Part shown: positions 13,135 to 26,609 of the stretch, one piece after another | Position numbering within the stretch: the first letter of the stretch is position 1 | How the letters are laid out: the number at the start of each line of letters is the position of its first letter | Assembly: GCF_006345805.1 (NCBI RefSeq) | Contig: NC_042997.1 | Span: forward strand, 167,214,001 to 167,278,000 | Source: Octopus sinensis | Taxonomy: Eukaryota | Direction of reading: 5' to 3' | DNA: 64,000 nucleotides | Made by a program: the position numbers and the translations under genes | The notes under the pieces: model-generated | The model's input: the letters and a program-made list of their open reading frames with translations, nothing else | What the model was told of the DNA's origin: nothing | Databases searched by the model: none

Positions 13135-13355
13135 GGAATGATATGTAAGTAATTATTATTTCTACTTTAATGGACCGGGAGATACGCAATGCTTAAAATG
13201 TTAACTTAGCATGACTGTCGCTATCTGGAGGTATATCTTTCCTACATACCAGCAGAAAATAGACTTCTTTTAATCATCCAGCTGATAAAAAAATACATAG
13301 ACAGCAGGTAGTTAGTGAGTAAGGGTTAAAAACAGTTCTTGACCGTTAATTCTTG

Positions 13356-13392
<37 letters not shown>

Positions 13393-13855
13393 CCACACAC
13401 ACTTTCACGCAAAGACGCACACACACACACATTAAGGCAATTTTACACACTCATACATTCGAGCACTCATTCATAAAATAAATCAAATATAAACACCAGT
13501 CATACAGAATACATTCACTCACTTTAATTTTCCCATACCTTCCTTCTCCTACCTTGATTCTGCCCTTGAACTATGTCAACGGACAATTTCTCTTGCTTTC
13601 AACCAATCTGGCGTCACCCCCTATAAATAGACATTATTTATCATTATCTTTATGGGCTCCTCGTGAGCAGTCGCGAAAAGCTTGTTGTGCATTTTGTTGG
13701 AGAATTAAGTTCCTGGATTTTCCTGAAGAGAAAGCTGCATAATGGACTCCTTATTCAATCGGAATTAGGGACTTTGCAGACTTCGAAACATATGTCGAAA
13801 ATAAAATAAAGGAATTTTGTTAAATCTTCGTTCAACTCCATTCTTTCCTATACTT

Positions 13856-13887
<32 letters not shown>

Positions 13888-13919
13888 GTACTATGTGTGC
13901 GTGTGTGTATATAGAGTGC

Positions 13920-14332
13920 GATGGGTAAATTGTTGCCATTTTATATTTTTAATTTCTCGGATGCACATTGTTTGTTTTTGATTTTGTTGACTAAGCAGTA
14001 TAGTAGGGTCAGTTTTTCTGCGACCGCATCACCCCTAAGATCTGGCCACCTAACTGCCCAGACTGCAACCCCCTTGATTATTATGTGTGGGGCGCAGTTG
14101 AGCGGGAGTGCAACAAAACTCCTTGTAACACCAAAGTTGAACTGAATGCAAAGATTATGGCAACATTCACCAACTAAAACAAGGTAACTGTGTAGAAGCG
14201 TTGGAGGCCGTTGTTGAAGCCAATAGCGGTTTTATTGAATAAATTTAGTATTTAGTATTTCAAACATATCTATTTAAATTAGATGTTATTTTCATTATTG
14301 CGTAATTCAGACAACAGTTTATTCACCGTACC
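13920..14332 (+). mobile_element. Tc1/mariner maT-like transposon 3' fragment
   Basis: IWPPNCPDCNPLDYYVWGAVER motif. Ends ...taccctg followed by TA. Confidence 0.75.
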
Positions 14333-14335
14333 CTG

Positions 14336-14431
<96 letters not shown>

Positions 14432-15459
14432 TATATATATTAATATAGAGGGCATTATACATACATGCCACACGCTAAGGGGACAATTAGTCATTTCTAC
14501 CAAAAATATTACTAATCCCACCGAATGCAATTTTTCAAAGTAAGACATTTAAAAAATATAGACCTGTATCACAGTGATTCATACTTACGTATTCATCAGC
14601 AGGCCTGAATGTATCATAAATAAACGACCCTGTCCCGCTTAAGCCGATCAGCTAACTGATCAACATCAACGAAGCACATGGGTGAGTTTACATATATTAC
14701 ATCCTGTAAATGGCAAACTTTTACGAATTGCATTTCGGGAAAGGAAAAGTTTTTTCGGAATAAAAATTTAGCAATTAAGGACACCTACTTAATAAGGAAA
14801 ACTTAACAACAAATTGTCAGGTAGATAGCGTGAAAACCTCATAAGAGAAAAAATTTCGAAAATAATTATTTCTTATTGAAATATAATTTATATATAGAGG
14901 GCATTATACATACATGCCACACGCTAAGAGGGACAATTAGTCATTTCTACCAAAAATATTACTAATTCCACCGAATGCAATTTTTCAAAGTAAGACATTT
15001 AAAAAATATAGACCTGTCACAGTGATTTCATACTTACGTATTCATCAGCAGGCCTGAATGTATCATAAATAAACGACCCTGTCCCGCTTAAGCCGATCAG
15101 CTAACTGATCAACATCAACGAAGCACATGGGTGAGTTTGCATATATTACATCCTGTAAATGGCAAACTTTTACGAATTGCATTTCGGGAAGGAAAAAGTT
15201 TTTTCGGAATAAAAATTTAGCAATTAAGGACAACTACTTAATAGGAAAACTTAACAAGAAATTGTCAGGTAGATAGCATGAAAACCTCATAAGAGAAAAA
15301 ATTTCGAAAATAATTATTTCTTATTGAACATATTAATTTTATATAGAGGGCATTATACATACATGCCACACGCTAAGAGGGACAATTAGTCATTTCTACC
15401 AAAAATATTACTAATCCCACCGAATGCAATTTTTCAAAGTAAGACATTTAAAAAATATA

Positions 15460-15505
15460 GACCTGTATCACAGTGATTTCATACTTACGTATTCATCAGC
15501 AGGCC
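15460..15505 (-). ncRNA. Hammerhead ribozyme, intact array copy (also 15914-15959 and 16367-16412)
   Basis: Reverse complement GCCTG-CTGATGA-ATAC gtaa GTAT-GAA-ATCA ctg TGAT-A-CAGGT. The copies at 14561 (core missing one A) and ~15011 (2-nt deletion at the cleavage site) are defective. Confidence 0.85.
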
Positions 15506-17214
15506 TGAATGTATCATAAATAAACGACCCTGTCCCGCTTAAGCCGATCAGCTAACTGATCAACATCAACGAAGCACATGGGTGAGTTACATTACATATA
15601 TTACATCCTGTAAATGGCAAACTTTTACGAATTGCATTTCGGGAAAGGAAAAGTTTTTTCGGAATAAAAATTTAGCAATTAAGGACAACTACTTAATAAG
15701 GAAAACTTAACAAGAAATTGTCAGGTAGATAGCGTGAAAACCTCATAAGAGAAAAAATTTCGAAAATAATTATTTCTTATTGACATATTAATTTATATAT
15801 AGAGGGCATTATACATACATGCCACACGCTAAGAGGGACAATTAGTCATTTCTACCAAAAAATTACTAATCCCACCGAATGCAATTTTTCAAAGTAAGAC
15901 ATTTAAAAAAATAGACCTGTATCACAGTGATTTCATACTTACGTATTCATCAGCAGGCCTGAATGTATCATAAATAAACGACCCTTGTCCCGCTTAAGCC
16001 GATCAGCTAACTGATCAACTCAACGAAGCACATGGGTGAGTTTACATATATTACATCCTGTAAATGGCAAACTTTTACGAATTGCATTTCGGGAAAAGAA
16101 AAGTTTTTTCGGAATAAAAATTTAGCAATTAAGGACAACTACTTAATAAGGAAAACTTAACAAGAAATTGTCAGGTAGATAGCGTGAAAACCTCATAAGA
16201 GAAAATATTTCGAAAATAATTATTTCTTATTGAACATATTAATTTATATATAGAGGGCAGTATACATACATGCCACACGCTAAGAGGGACAATTAGTCAT
16301 TTCTACCAAAAATATTACTAATCCCACCGAATGCAATTTTTCAAAGTAAGACATTTAAAAAATATCGACCTGTATCACAGTGATTTCATACTTACGTATT
16401 CATCAGCAGGCCTGAATGTATCATAAATAAACGACCCTGTCCCGCTTAAGCCGATCAGCTAATGATCAACATCAACGAAGCACATGGGTGAGTTTACCAT
16501 ATATTACATCCTGTAAATGGCAAACTTTTACGAATTGCATTTGGGAAGGAAAAGTTTTTTCGGAATAAAAATTTAGCAATTAAGGACAACTACTTAATAA
16601 GGAAAACTTAACAAGAAATTGTCAGGTAGATAGCGGAAAACCTCATAAGAGAAAAATTCCGAAAATAATTATTTCTTATTGAACATATTAATTATATATA
16701 GAGGGCATTATACATACAGCCACATGCTAAGAGGGACAATTAGTCATTTCTACCAACAAATATTACTAATCCCACCGAATGCAATTTTTCAAAGTAAGAC
16801 ATTTAAAAAATATAGACCTGTATCACAGTGATTCATATTTACGCATTCGGTGGGATAGTAAATTTTTTTGGTAGAAATGACTAATTGTCCCTCTTAGCGT
16901 GTGGCATGTTGTAAATGCCCTCTATATATAAATTAATATGTTCAATAAGAAAAATTATTTTCGAAATTTTTCTCCTTATGAGGTTTTCACGCTATCTGCC
17001 TGACAATTTCTTGTTAAGTTTTCCTTATTAAGTAGTTGTCCTTAATTGCTAAATTTTTATTCCGAAAAAACTTTTCCTTTCCCGAAATGCAATTCGTAAA
17101 AGTTGCCATTTACAGGATGTAATATATGTAAACTCACCCATGCTTCGTTGATGTTATCAGTTAGCTGATCGGCTTAAGCGGACAGGGTCGTTATTTTATT
17201 TATGATACATTCAG

Positions 17215-17258
17215 GCCTGCTGATGAATACGTAAGTATGAAATCACTATGATACAGGT
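17215..17258 (+). ncRNA. Hammerhead ribozyme, array copy in the right arm
   Basis: gcctg ctgatga atac gtaa gtat gaa atcactatgat a caggt. Confidence 0.85.
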
Positions 17259-17671
17259 CTATATTTTTTAAATGTCTTACTTTGAAAAATTGCATTCGGT
17301 GGGATTATGATTAGTAATATTTTTGGTAGAAATGACTAATTGTCCCTCTTAGCGTGTGGCATGTATGTATAATGCCCTAATATATAAATTAATATGTTCA
17401 ATAAGAAATAATTATTTTCGAAATTTTTTCTCTTATGAGGTTTTCACGCTATCACCTGACAATTTCTTGTTAAGTTTTCCTTATTAAGGAGTTGTCCTTA
17501 ATTGCTAAATTTTTATTCCGAAAAAACTTTTCCTTTCCCGAAATGCTATTCGTAAAAGTTTGCCATTTACAGGATGTAATATATGTAAACTCACCCATGT
17601 GCTTCGTTGATGTTGATCAGTTAGCTGATCGGCTTAAGCGGGACAGGGTCGTTTATTTATGATACATTCAG

Positions 17672-17715
17672 GCCTGCTGATGAATACGTAAGTATGAAAT
17701 CACTGTGATACAGGT
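17672..17715 (+). ncRNA. Hammerhead ribozyme, array copy in the right arm
   Basis: gcctg ctgatga atac gtaa gtat gaa atcactgtgat a caggt. Confidence 0.85.
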
Positions 17716-17989
17716 CTATATTTTTTAAATGTCTTACTTTGAAAAATTGCATTCGGTGGGATTAGTAATATTTTGGGTAGAAATGACTAATTGTCCCTCT
17801 TAGCGTGTGGCATGTATGTATAATGCCCTAATATATAAATTAATATGTTCAATAAGAAATAATTATTTTCGAAATTTTTTCTCTTATGAGGTTTTCACGC
17901 TATCTACCTGACAATTTCTTGTTAAGTTTTCCTTATTAAGTAGTTGTCCTTAATTGCTATATATATATAATATATCAATAAATAAAATA

Positions 17990-18400
17990 AAACATATGCG
18001 TATATATAAACATATATGTACGTACCTACCTCTACATGTACATATACACGCATATATGAGTACAGGACACCAAAAGGACGTCGAACACAATGAGAAACGA
18101 AAACAGACACAAACCAAAGGAACTGGACATATATTTAAAAACAACAAAAAAATAATATAGAATACAGGAGAATTAACACAAAGAAAAAAAACCCTTCTTC
18201 AGACACTAAAGCTTTCATCTACTCTACGTTTCGAAGGATAAAAGCGAGACGTATCTTCGACAAGAAAACTTTCCTTCCTGCGAAAAGCAAATCAATAAAA
18301 GTTCTAAGATCTTTTCGCAGAGGGGTAAAAAATAGTAACAACAGGACAGTAACGACAGTGCAAATTGTAAACAGTAGAAGACAGGACAAGGAAAAACAAG
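17990..18400 (-). mobile_element. Penelope-tail-like fragment with a decayed HHR
   Basis: Reverse complement ...ttgtcgaagata...tatccttc GAAACGT A gag, followed by a T-rich tail ending in a TA-rich tract. Confidence 0.4.
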
Positions 18401-18489
18401 ATATATACATATATATATGAGGTTTCCAATGAAATTAAAGCAAAAGCGACCACACCTGTTTTATTCATTGAAATAGACGTAGTGCAATT

Positions 18490-18950
18490 GCTGGAGACTA
18501 AAGTAGTCCCCGTTACAAGCCATGTTTTTGCGCCATCGATGAAGCAAACTTTTGAATCATTTTTGATGAAATGGTGTGTATTTTTGTATCCATCTCTTTT
18601 CAACCACCTTCATTTCGTCGGGAATCATCAAATCAGTGTTATCGAAGACTCTCCCTCATTGGAACAGGTGAAAGTTGGGTGGCAATATATCCTGGGTGTA
18701 CAGTTTATGTGAGATCACTGATCGGCTTACTTTGCCAATTGCCTGATTTGTTTACAAGATGTATATGGTCGCATATTTTCATGGTGAATGTAGATTGCTT
18801 TCTAATGCACACGAAGCTTTCGAGAAGAGGTCCGATGAAGAACTGTAATTCTATTAAGATTTATTTTCAGGTCTCTAACACGTTATGTATCCCTGGAATT
18901 TTATCCACATATTTGAAGATGCTTTCTATTGCGTCTTCAGTATCACAAAC
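18490..18950 (-). pseudogene. mariner transposase remnant
   Basis: Minus-strand IHHENMRPYT and HKLYTQDILPPNFHLF (degenerate HDNARPH and HPPYSPDLAPSDFHLF). Confidence 0.6.
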
Positions 18951-19128
18951 ATAGAGTACAAAAGTTCAGAGAAAATAAAATATGTGATTTATATTTAAGT
19001 TGTCTTAATTTTTAAAACAACCTTACCAGTTTCACGGTAAGCTTTTGTAACAACTGAAAAAGCTATTTTGTTGTGTTTGCCAAAGAAAGCACGATCATCT
19101 ATATAATCCTGTTATACGCCATTGTGAA

Positions 19129-19445
19129 GGTGCATGGTTCAGTGGATAGAGCGTCGGGCTCACAGTCATGAGGTAGTGATTTCGATTCCCGGACCGGGTT
19201 GTGTATTGTGCTCTTGAGCAAGACACTTTATTTCATGTTGTTCGAGTTCACTCATCTGTAGGAACGTGTTGTAACGTCACTGGTACTAAGATTTATTGGT
19301 CTTTGCCTTTCCCTTGAATAACATCGTTGGCTTGAAGAGAGGAGTGTAGTATGCATGGGATATTGCTGGACGTCCATAAACAACCTTTCCTGGACTTGTA
19401 CCTGGAACTTTCTAGGCGCAATCCCATGGTCATTAACGATTGAAA
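19129..19445 (+). mobile_element. tRNA-derived SINE (family also at 58535)
   Basis: A box tggttcagtggatagagcg, B box ttcgattccc, body ttgagcaagacactttatttc. Confidence 0.75.
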
Positions 19446-19479
19446 ATAAACCAGAGTTTTATGTACCATTTACAAGCAG

Positions 19480-19965
19480 ACTGGTGACATTACGACAAAA
19501 ATACTTGATGATACTTGTAATTCTACGAAGGCATTCAAATTCATTAGGCAACATATCGTCCTAAAAACTTCCCACAACACACTAGCATTCAATGAAACAA
19601 AGGCATTTATGTGGCCAATGAATTAATGGAAACGATCAAATCATTGCACAATACAGTTTCCGTGCAGGTGTCGAGCTACAAATATAATGTTATTGCTTAC
19701 ATCTAGAGAAAATCCCTTAGTGAGAGACGAGATTTAGAGATAACCCACAACGTTTTCAATGAGGTGGAAGATGCTACGAAAATTACCATGTTTTTTCCAC
19801 ACTTTCCTTTGAACAACACTTCCTTCTCAATCTCGACGAACAGCATCCTCTTTCCCACAGAATACATGCAAGATAATGCAGATGATTCAGTATCGTATTT
19901 CTTTCTTGTTTGACCACACCCAACGGAATGCCATCAATGTTAGGAGCTTTTTTTTATCTTTACGT
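19480..19965 (-). mobile_element. RTE-like LINE RT remnant
   Basis: Minus-strand APNIDGIP...LWERG...GNFRSI, heavily degraded. Confidence 0.5.
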
Positions 19966-20265
19966 TTTTGGGAAACATCTCATATTTCATTGAAATTCGG
20001 TGCACCGTCAAAAGAATGTTTTATTAAATAAGTTCTAAAGATCAATCGAAATACAACGCGTAATTTACCAGATACCTTATATATATATGTATATATGTAT
20101 TTTAAAGTGTTCGTAAAACATTACTTAATACAGTTTTTAAGCATAAAGGGAATGTTTTTATATTTTTTAAGTTATAAAGTCTTTTATCAGGATGAAGAAG
20201 TTTTCTTCCTAGTGTGTGATCATTTTCGATAAACCTTTTCAAACACACGTGCTCTTAGTTATATA

Positions 20266-20344
<79 letters not shown>

Positions 20345-20363
20345 ATATATATATCTATATATA

Positions 20364-20408
<45 letters not shown>

Positions 20409-20474
20409 CAATAACGTCGTATTTATTACGATTGCTATTTTCCAGTAAATATTGGCGCCTTGTACCATTTATCT

Positions 20475-20524
<50 letters not shown>

Positions 20525-20528
<4 letters not shown>

Positions 20529-20945
20529 TAAATTAGAGACAAAACCACTATTAGGCAAATCAAACAATGAAAAACTTAATCCAATACGTAATATTATTTA
20601 ATTTATATATTTAAATATATAACAAAATTATTTAAAAAATATAATTAATATCACACTACGATCGTTTCATGCCTGCTAACATCTTCAAATTTTTGAGTCG
20701 CAGTCATGACTGCGACTCAAAAATTAGTGTGATATTAATTATATTTTTTAATAATTTTGTTATATATTTAAATAATATAAATTAAATAATATTATGTATT
20801 GGATTAAGTTTTTCATTGTTTGATTTGCCTAATAGTGGTTTTGTCTCTAATTTAATATAATATAATATTTTACTATAAAATTGGATTCAATCCTAAATCT
20901 GATTTTTCCCTGTAAGTTTGGATTTATTCCCTAATATTTATTATT
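20525..20945. mobile_element. Fold-back Penelope tail with a partial HHR and a central 38-bp perfect palindrome
   Basis: Arms ~20525-20658 and ~20726-20865. Tail motifs aaaccactatt and cctgtaagtttgga...ttccct are shared with the 1391-1500 tail. Lies within (TA)n. Confidence 0.75.
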
Positions 20946-20949
20946 AATT

Positions 20950-21020
<71 letters not shown>

Positions 21021-21022
<2 letters not shown>

Positions 21023-21380
21023 TGTGAAAATAATAAGGGTAGAATTTAGAAATATTTTTATACCGGTGACTAGCATGCATAATAAAGTCAATAGACAACA
21101 TATTTTCACATGCTCATTAATACAGAAACTCGAGTTTGGGGTTAACTATAATTTTTTTTTTTTTCATTCTCTTTGAAATTGCTTTTATTCGTGATTTGGG
21201 TTTGGCTGCCCTTTCTAGTATGTAACGTGTCCTGTCAAAGGTCAACTCTTTCTTGTATGAATACTTAATTGTTTGTACACTATTATACATGAAAATATGT
21301 TGTCTATTGACTTTATTATGCTTGCTAGCCACCGGTATGAAAAGTTTTTCTAAATTTTCTACCGTTATGATTTTCACAGT
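21021..21380. mobile_element. MITE with ~88-bp TIRs
   Basis: actgtgaaaa...gacaacatattttca pairs with tgaaaatatgttgtc...ttttcacagt. Confidence 0.75.
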
Positions 21381-21778
21381 AAAAGGTTCATAATTTCAAA
21401 GCCTTTCTGGTACGCAGTTTTAGTCTTATTATTATTTGCTGCTGAATGTAACAGTGCTTACGCGGTGGATTTGAAAATATAATAAGCATACAGCACGCAC
21501 CTGTGTTTTGGGGTACGTATTAGTTGTATAATTATATATTAATTTTAGCGATAAAGTACACATGACAAATTAATGTATTTGCTCATTAATACAGAAATTC
21601 GAGTTTGGGGTTAAGTATAAAAATATTTTATTATTTTCATTCTCTTTGAAATTGCTTTTATTCTTTGTTTGTGTTTTGACTGCCCTTTCTAGCATGTAAG
21701 GTGTCCTGTCAAAGGTCACGTTTTTCATGCATAACTACGTAATTGTTTGTACACAATTATATATACGTATATATGTAT

Positions 21779-21809
<31 letters not shown>

Positions 21810-21840
21810 CTATATAGATATATATATATATATATATATA

Positions 21841-23080
21841 CAGGGTGCATTTTATATTTTAATTTCGCGCATACGCATTGTTTATTTTTGATTTTGTCGA
21901 CTACACAGTAGAGTAGAGTCAATTGGGCACCATCTGTGAGAAAAATAGCGCCATGTCGCAATTTGCACTGCCAGACATGAAATTTGTACTGCTTGGTATT
22001 CGCACCGGAAGCTCCAATATCAATAGTTCATTGTCTGGGTGTCAATCTGAGGCTAACGATGCGGATTCGGAAAGAGTTGGATGAGTCTAATGGTGATTAC
22101 GAAGGTACAGCAGCTCGGAAAACTTACTCTGATCGTTCTCATAAGGAAAGAACTCCTGAATTTGTTGATGAAATCGAGGCCAAGATTGACAACAATCCCT
22201 CCAAATCAATCACAATCAGGTTCATCGCCAGGGACATGGGAGTGTTTGAGTTTCTTATCAGGCAGGTAGTGCATGAAGACATTAAGTTTTCTTCATCTAA
22301 AATGAGAACGGACCAATTTTTAGCCCACGCCATCAAGGACAACAGGAAAGCCCGCGATACGAAGCTTTTGAACAGACTCAAGTATCTCCTCCAATCGAAC
22401 ATGCTTTGGTTTTTCTCAGACGAGAAAAATTTTTGCCAGGATCAGATGGTGGCTTGCCTTGTCTCCAAAACATGTACCGAGAGTGATAAAATTCAAACAT
22501 CCAGTTAACATCATGGTGTTTGGAGTGATCACTAGTGATGGCGACGTTATGCCTCCATTCATCTTCCCACACGGAGTCTTACATCAAGTACCTAGAGGAG
22601 TTAGTGCTGCCCTGGGTCAAGAGGATGGCTGCTGGAAGATCATATGTCTGACACCAGGACGCTGCAGCATGCCACACAAGGAGGAGAACCCAGACATGGC
22701 TGTCAGACAATTTCTGCGACCACGTAACCCTTAACATCCGGCTACCTAACACCCCAGACTGCAGCACCACTGATTATTACGTGCGGGGCACAGTTGAGCG
22801 AAAGACCAACAAAACTTCTTGTAACATCAAAGATGAACTGAAGGCAAGGGTTATGGCAGCATTCACCAACTTATACAAGGACACTGACCAGAAGAGCTGC
22901 ACGTGATTCCGAAGTCGACTGGAAGCCAGGTTAAAGCCAATGGCGATTTTGTTTGAATAAATTTACTCTTTAGTATTTCAAGATATTTTTATGTAATTTT
23001 GGTAAATATATCTGTTAAAATGAGATGTCAGTATTATTTTCCTTTTTGCATAATTTAGATGACAATTTATTCGACACACA

Positions 23081-23083
<3 letters not shown>
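21841..23083 (+). mobile_element. maT/DD37D-like Tc1-mariner transposon, frameshifted
   Basis: ORFs with WFFSDEKNF, FKHPVNIMVFGVITSDGDVMPPFIF and a degenerate WPPNSPDCNPLDYYV. cag...ctg ends flanked by TA. Confidence 0.8.
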
Positions 23084-23141
<58 letters not shown>

Positions 23142-24869
23142 CAGATAATATTTAAGGAATGTATGAAACTATATATCCGCAACTCCCGGGCCAGGTCGAT
23201 TCTCATTTGATGAAGCGATCATGTCATATCTTTATTAGGGGAGAGGGTGTATCTAGATATTATTAGAACTGTCCGGTCTGCTAAAGTGTGAAGGAAAACA
23301 GCCTATCTAGAACTATGATCATTGTTAATGCACAACTATTATGTGGTACTTATTGAATATGTTTACCTTAAGTTTGAATTTGTAGACAGTGGATATTCGG
23401 TCACATTGAAGGCATCAGAGAGGAATTTCTCTGGTGAGGATAACTTGAGAATATTCTATTTATTACCGGATATATTCAAATCTGAAAATTTTCAGTATCT
23501 TATAATCTGCATTTTCAATTTCTTATAGTCTGCAGCTTCAAAATTCATTGAAGTCTAATATGACAAAAAACGCATTTTATCTCAATAAACTAAAAAAATA
23601 CAGAATATTCCAAAATTAAAAGTTCTAAATATCGAAATTGCAAGAAATTCTCAGGTCAACATAGAGGGGGACAAGTCTCCGAGACGTTGCTTTACTTGGA
23701 TTTTGGTAAATCTTTAAAATTGTTAAGATTTCGCTCGGCTTGTAGATTATGGAATTTTTATATGATTCATTCCGTCGCTTTTCATATTTTCGTAGGTAAT
23801 ATGGAAAATAAATTGTATAAATGTGTACCAAACACAATACATGGTAATGACTTCACCATGGTTAACTGAGACATCTGGAATTTTGGATGTGTCAATTGTT
23901 ATTTTATTGAACTTATGTACTGCAGCTATAAGTGACATAGATTTGAAAAGGCCCTTCTGTGTGTTTTGGAGAGATAGTTTGTAGGTGGTCCGAGGAAACT
24001 AGGATTGTTTGACAAGTATTTGTTGAAATTAGAGATGGGGAAGAGAATGTAATATATGAAAGAAAGTTATTCTTAACCTGGTGGAGAAAAGGAATTAACT
24101 CATGATGCTATTTTGTTATCTCATTTTATCTGTACTATTTGAATACCAACTGTTGAATGCATGAGGTCACTTACACTCAACTATATCGCTTTAACAGTCT
24201 CACAGACAAAAAGATGTGTTTATTATATCAGCTCTTAATTTCCTGTATGACACAGAAACACATTGGACTGTATCAGTCAGCTAGTCCTGAAATACAAAAT
24301 GTCGCAATAGTCGTACTAATCTTGTTTATGTTCATTTTGATAGAAGAGGAAGAAATTTAAGGGAACAACTCTGATCCGTTCTTCAATCATTCATTTTTCT
24401 TGGGTAACAAAATTATTACAAGACTGGTCGTTCATTGTAAAAAAAATATTAAGAGTTAATATTTATAATATCTGAAGTGAATTTAGTCGTACTCTCTTTC
24501 AAATCGAACGACCAAGTAGAAGCAAACTTGTTGTCCAGGTTCTGTGGAGTGAATCTATTCATGATATTTCCTTCTTGGGGAGGCAAGCCGAAATCAGCCA
24601 TCTACAATTTCCAGATGAAATGGTAAACAACTTGCGTCGACGATATCAGCTGATATGCTAATCGCCACCTAAAACAATAAGAATCGGCTCAACCGGTATT
24701 TCTGCACCTTTTCTTTGCAATTCTAAATTAAATTGTCAGAACAAGCCTACATGTACGTAACTCTGAGTACCAAGGGAATTAATTCTTTTAATGGATATAC
24801 TCTATATCATGCAATGAGTACATTTTCTTTCTTCTTTTTATTTTTAAATAAACGCGTGTGTGTATACAT

Positions 24870-24902
<33 letters not shown>

Positions 24903-25848
24903 CATATACACATACATAAAAGCATATACATTTATAGATATAACATATATATGTAATATGTATATATATATGAATATATGCATATATATATATGTGTGCA
25001 TATATTTATATAATGTATATATGTTTGTATGTATACATGTATATATGAATGCATGTTTGTATGTATGTATATGCATGTATGTATGTATGTATGCATAATT
25101 GTGGGGTGTATGTGCTTATGTGTGAGAGGGTAAAAGTGAGGTAGAAGAAGGAGATATTAAAGACTGTTAATGGAAAGCAGAGAGAAATAGTGGGAATAAA
25201 GTGATAGAAAGAGAAAAGGAAACGAGAAAGTGGGAGAGAAAGAGTAAGTAAAAAAATCAATGAATAGGTTAAATATGGAGATATAACATGGAGAGAACGA
25301 GACTGACTGACAGACAGACAGAAATGCAGCAACCACGAACAGAGGTAAGTATGTGTAGTAGTTCAAAAACAATATATGTATAAATATATATATATACATA
25401 TATATATATATAATATATATATATATATATAATATATATATATATAATATATATAGTTGTGTATGTATATATGTATGTATGTATTATGTATGGATGTATG
25501 TATGTATGTATATATATATATATATATATATATACCTTAGTTAGTGAGAGGGTTAGGGGAGACGTGTTATCAGTCGAGCTGAAGCTGAGAAGCAAGAAGT
25601 AAAATGTATACTGCATGTTTCTGAGATAAAGTTGAATGATTGCAAATTCTGTATTTCAAGCATCTGTTGACTCACACACGCACAAATGCAAATATTTGTA
25701 CTATAAACGGGCGCAAACATGCACTCTTGTACGAGTGTATACATTCATAAAAGTATATCTAGATATGTGTGCGTCCACATATATACATACACAAATTCTT
25801 ACATCATGCTCACAGATGCTCCCGAACACACACACACACATATATATT

Positions 25849-25923
<75 letters not shown>

Positions 25924-25966
25924 ATATATATATATATATATATGTATATGTATGTATATATATATC

Positions 25967-26008
<42 letters not shown>

Positions 26009-26609
26009 CGTGTGTATATGTGTATGTGTGTATGTGTGTGTATATGTATACGTACGTTCATTGATATGTATATTATGTGGTAATTTACTGATAAATTATC
26101 AGTGTTATTGAAATTTGATAGCTTAAATACATAATTCCCATAATGTACTATTAGAACAGCTACTTTACGTAGAGTGTTGTATCAATACGGATGCCTAATA
26201 GCAACAACCTTTATCTCGTAAAAAAGAAAGGCATCAAAAACTGGCTGAAAAGTAACGTCAGCTCCCTGAGTTTTTGGTTTCATACATAAATAGTTTGAGT
26301 TTGCCTCTATAAATCTACATACTTGGTTTTAGAAACCTAGCGTTATTTTATAGCCTTAAGAAAAGTTGCTATTGTTATCATTGCAATATTTGCTGCCATA
26401 TCTAGAAGTACCATTTTCTAGTGTTTCGAATAAACTATCAAGAATTATAACTGAATGTTATGGTCAAGACAGAGTAAAATGACATGAGTAGTCCAATAAG
26501 ACCTAGTAATTACTATATGAAGCTGTCATCCCTGAAGACAAGTCTACGAGAGAGTCTCTATTTGCTCGCTGGACTTGCTACATGTTGTATAGATATCATC
26601 CTCAAATTA

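Larger units (their letters stand above)
14443..17959. repeat. Array of ~450-bp HHR-containing units in two inverted arms (candidate retrozyme / pLTR array)
   Basis: Unit marker gagggc at 14448, 14897, 15346, 15802, 16253 and 16701 (spacing 448-456). Inversion near 16843, with inverted markers near 16917, 17374 and 17825. Flanked by (TA)n on both sides. Confidence 0.95.

Noticed and set aside
14443-17959. CRISPR array or protein-coding repeat interpretation
   Set aside because: The units are contiguous ~450-bp copies with no unique spacers and no long ORF, in a eukaryotic context.
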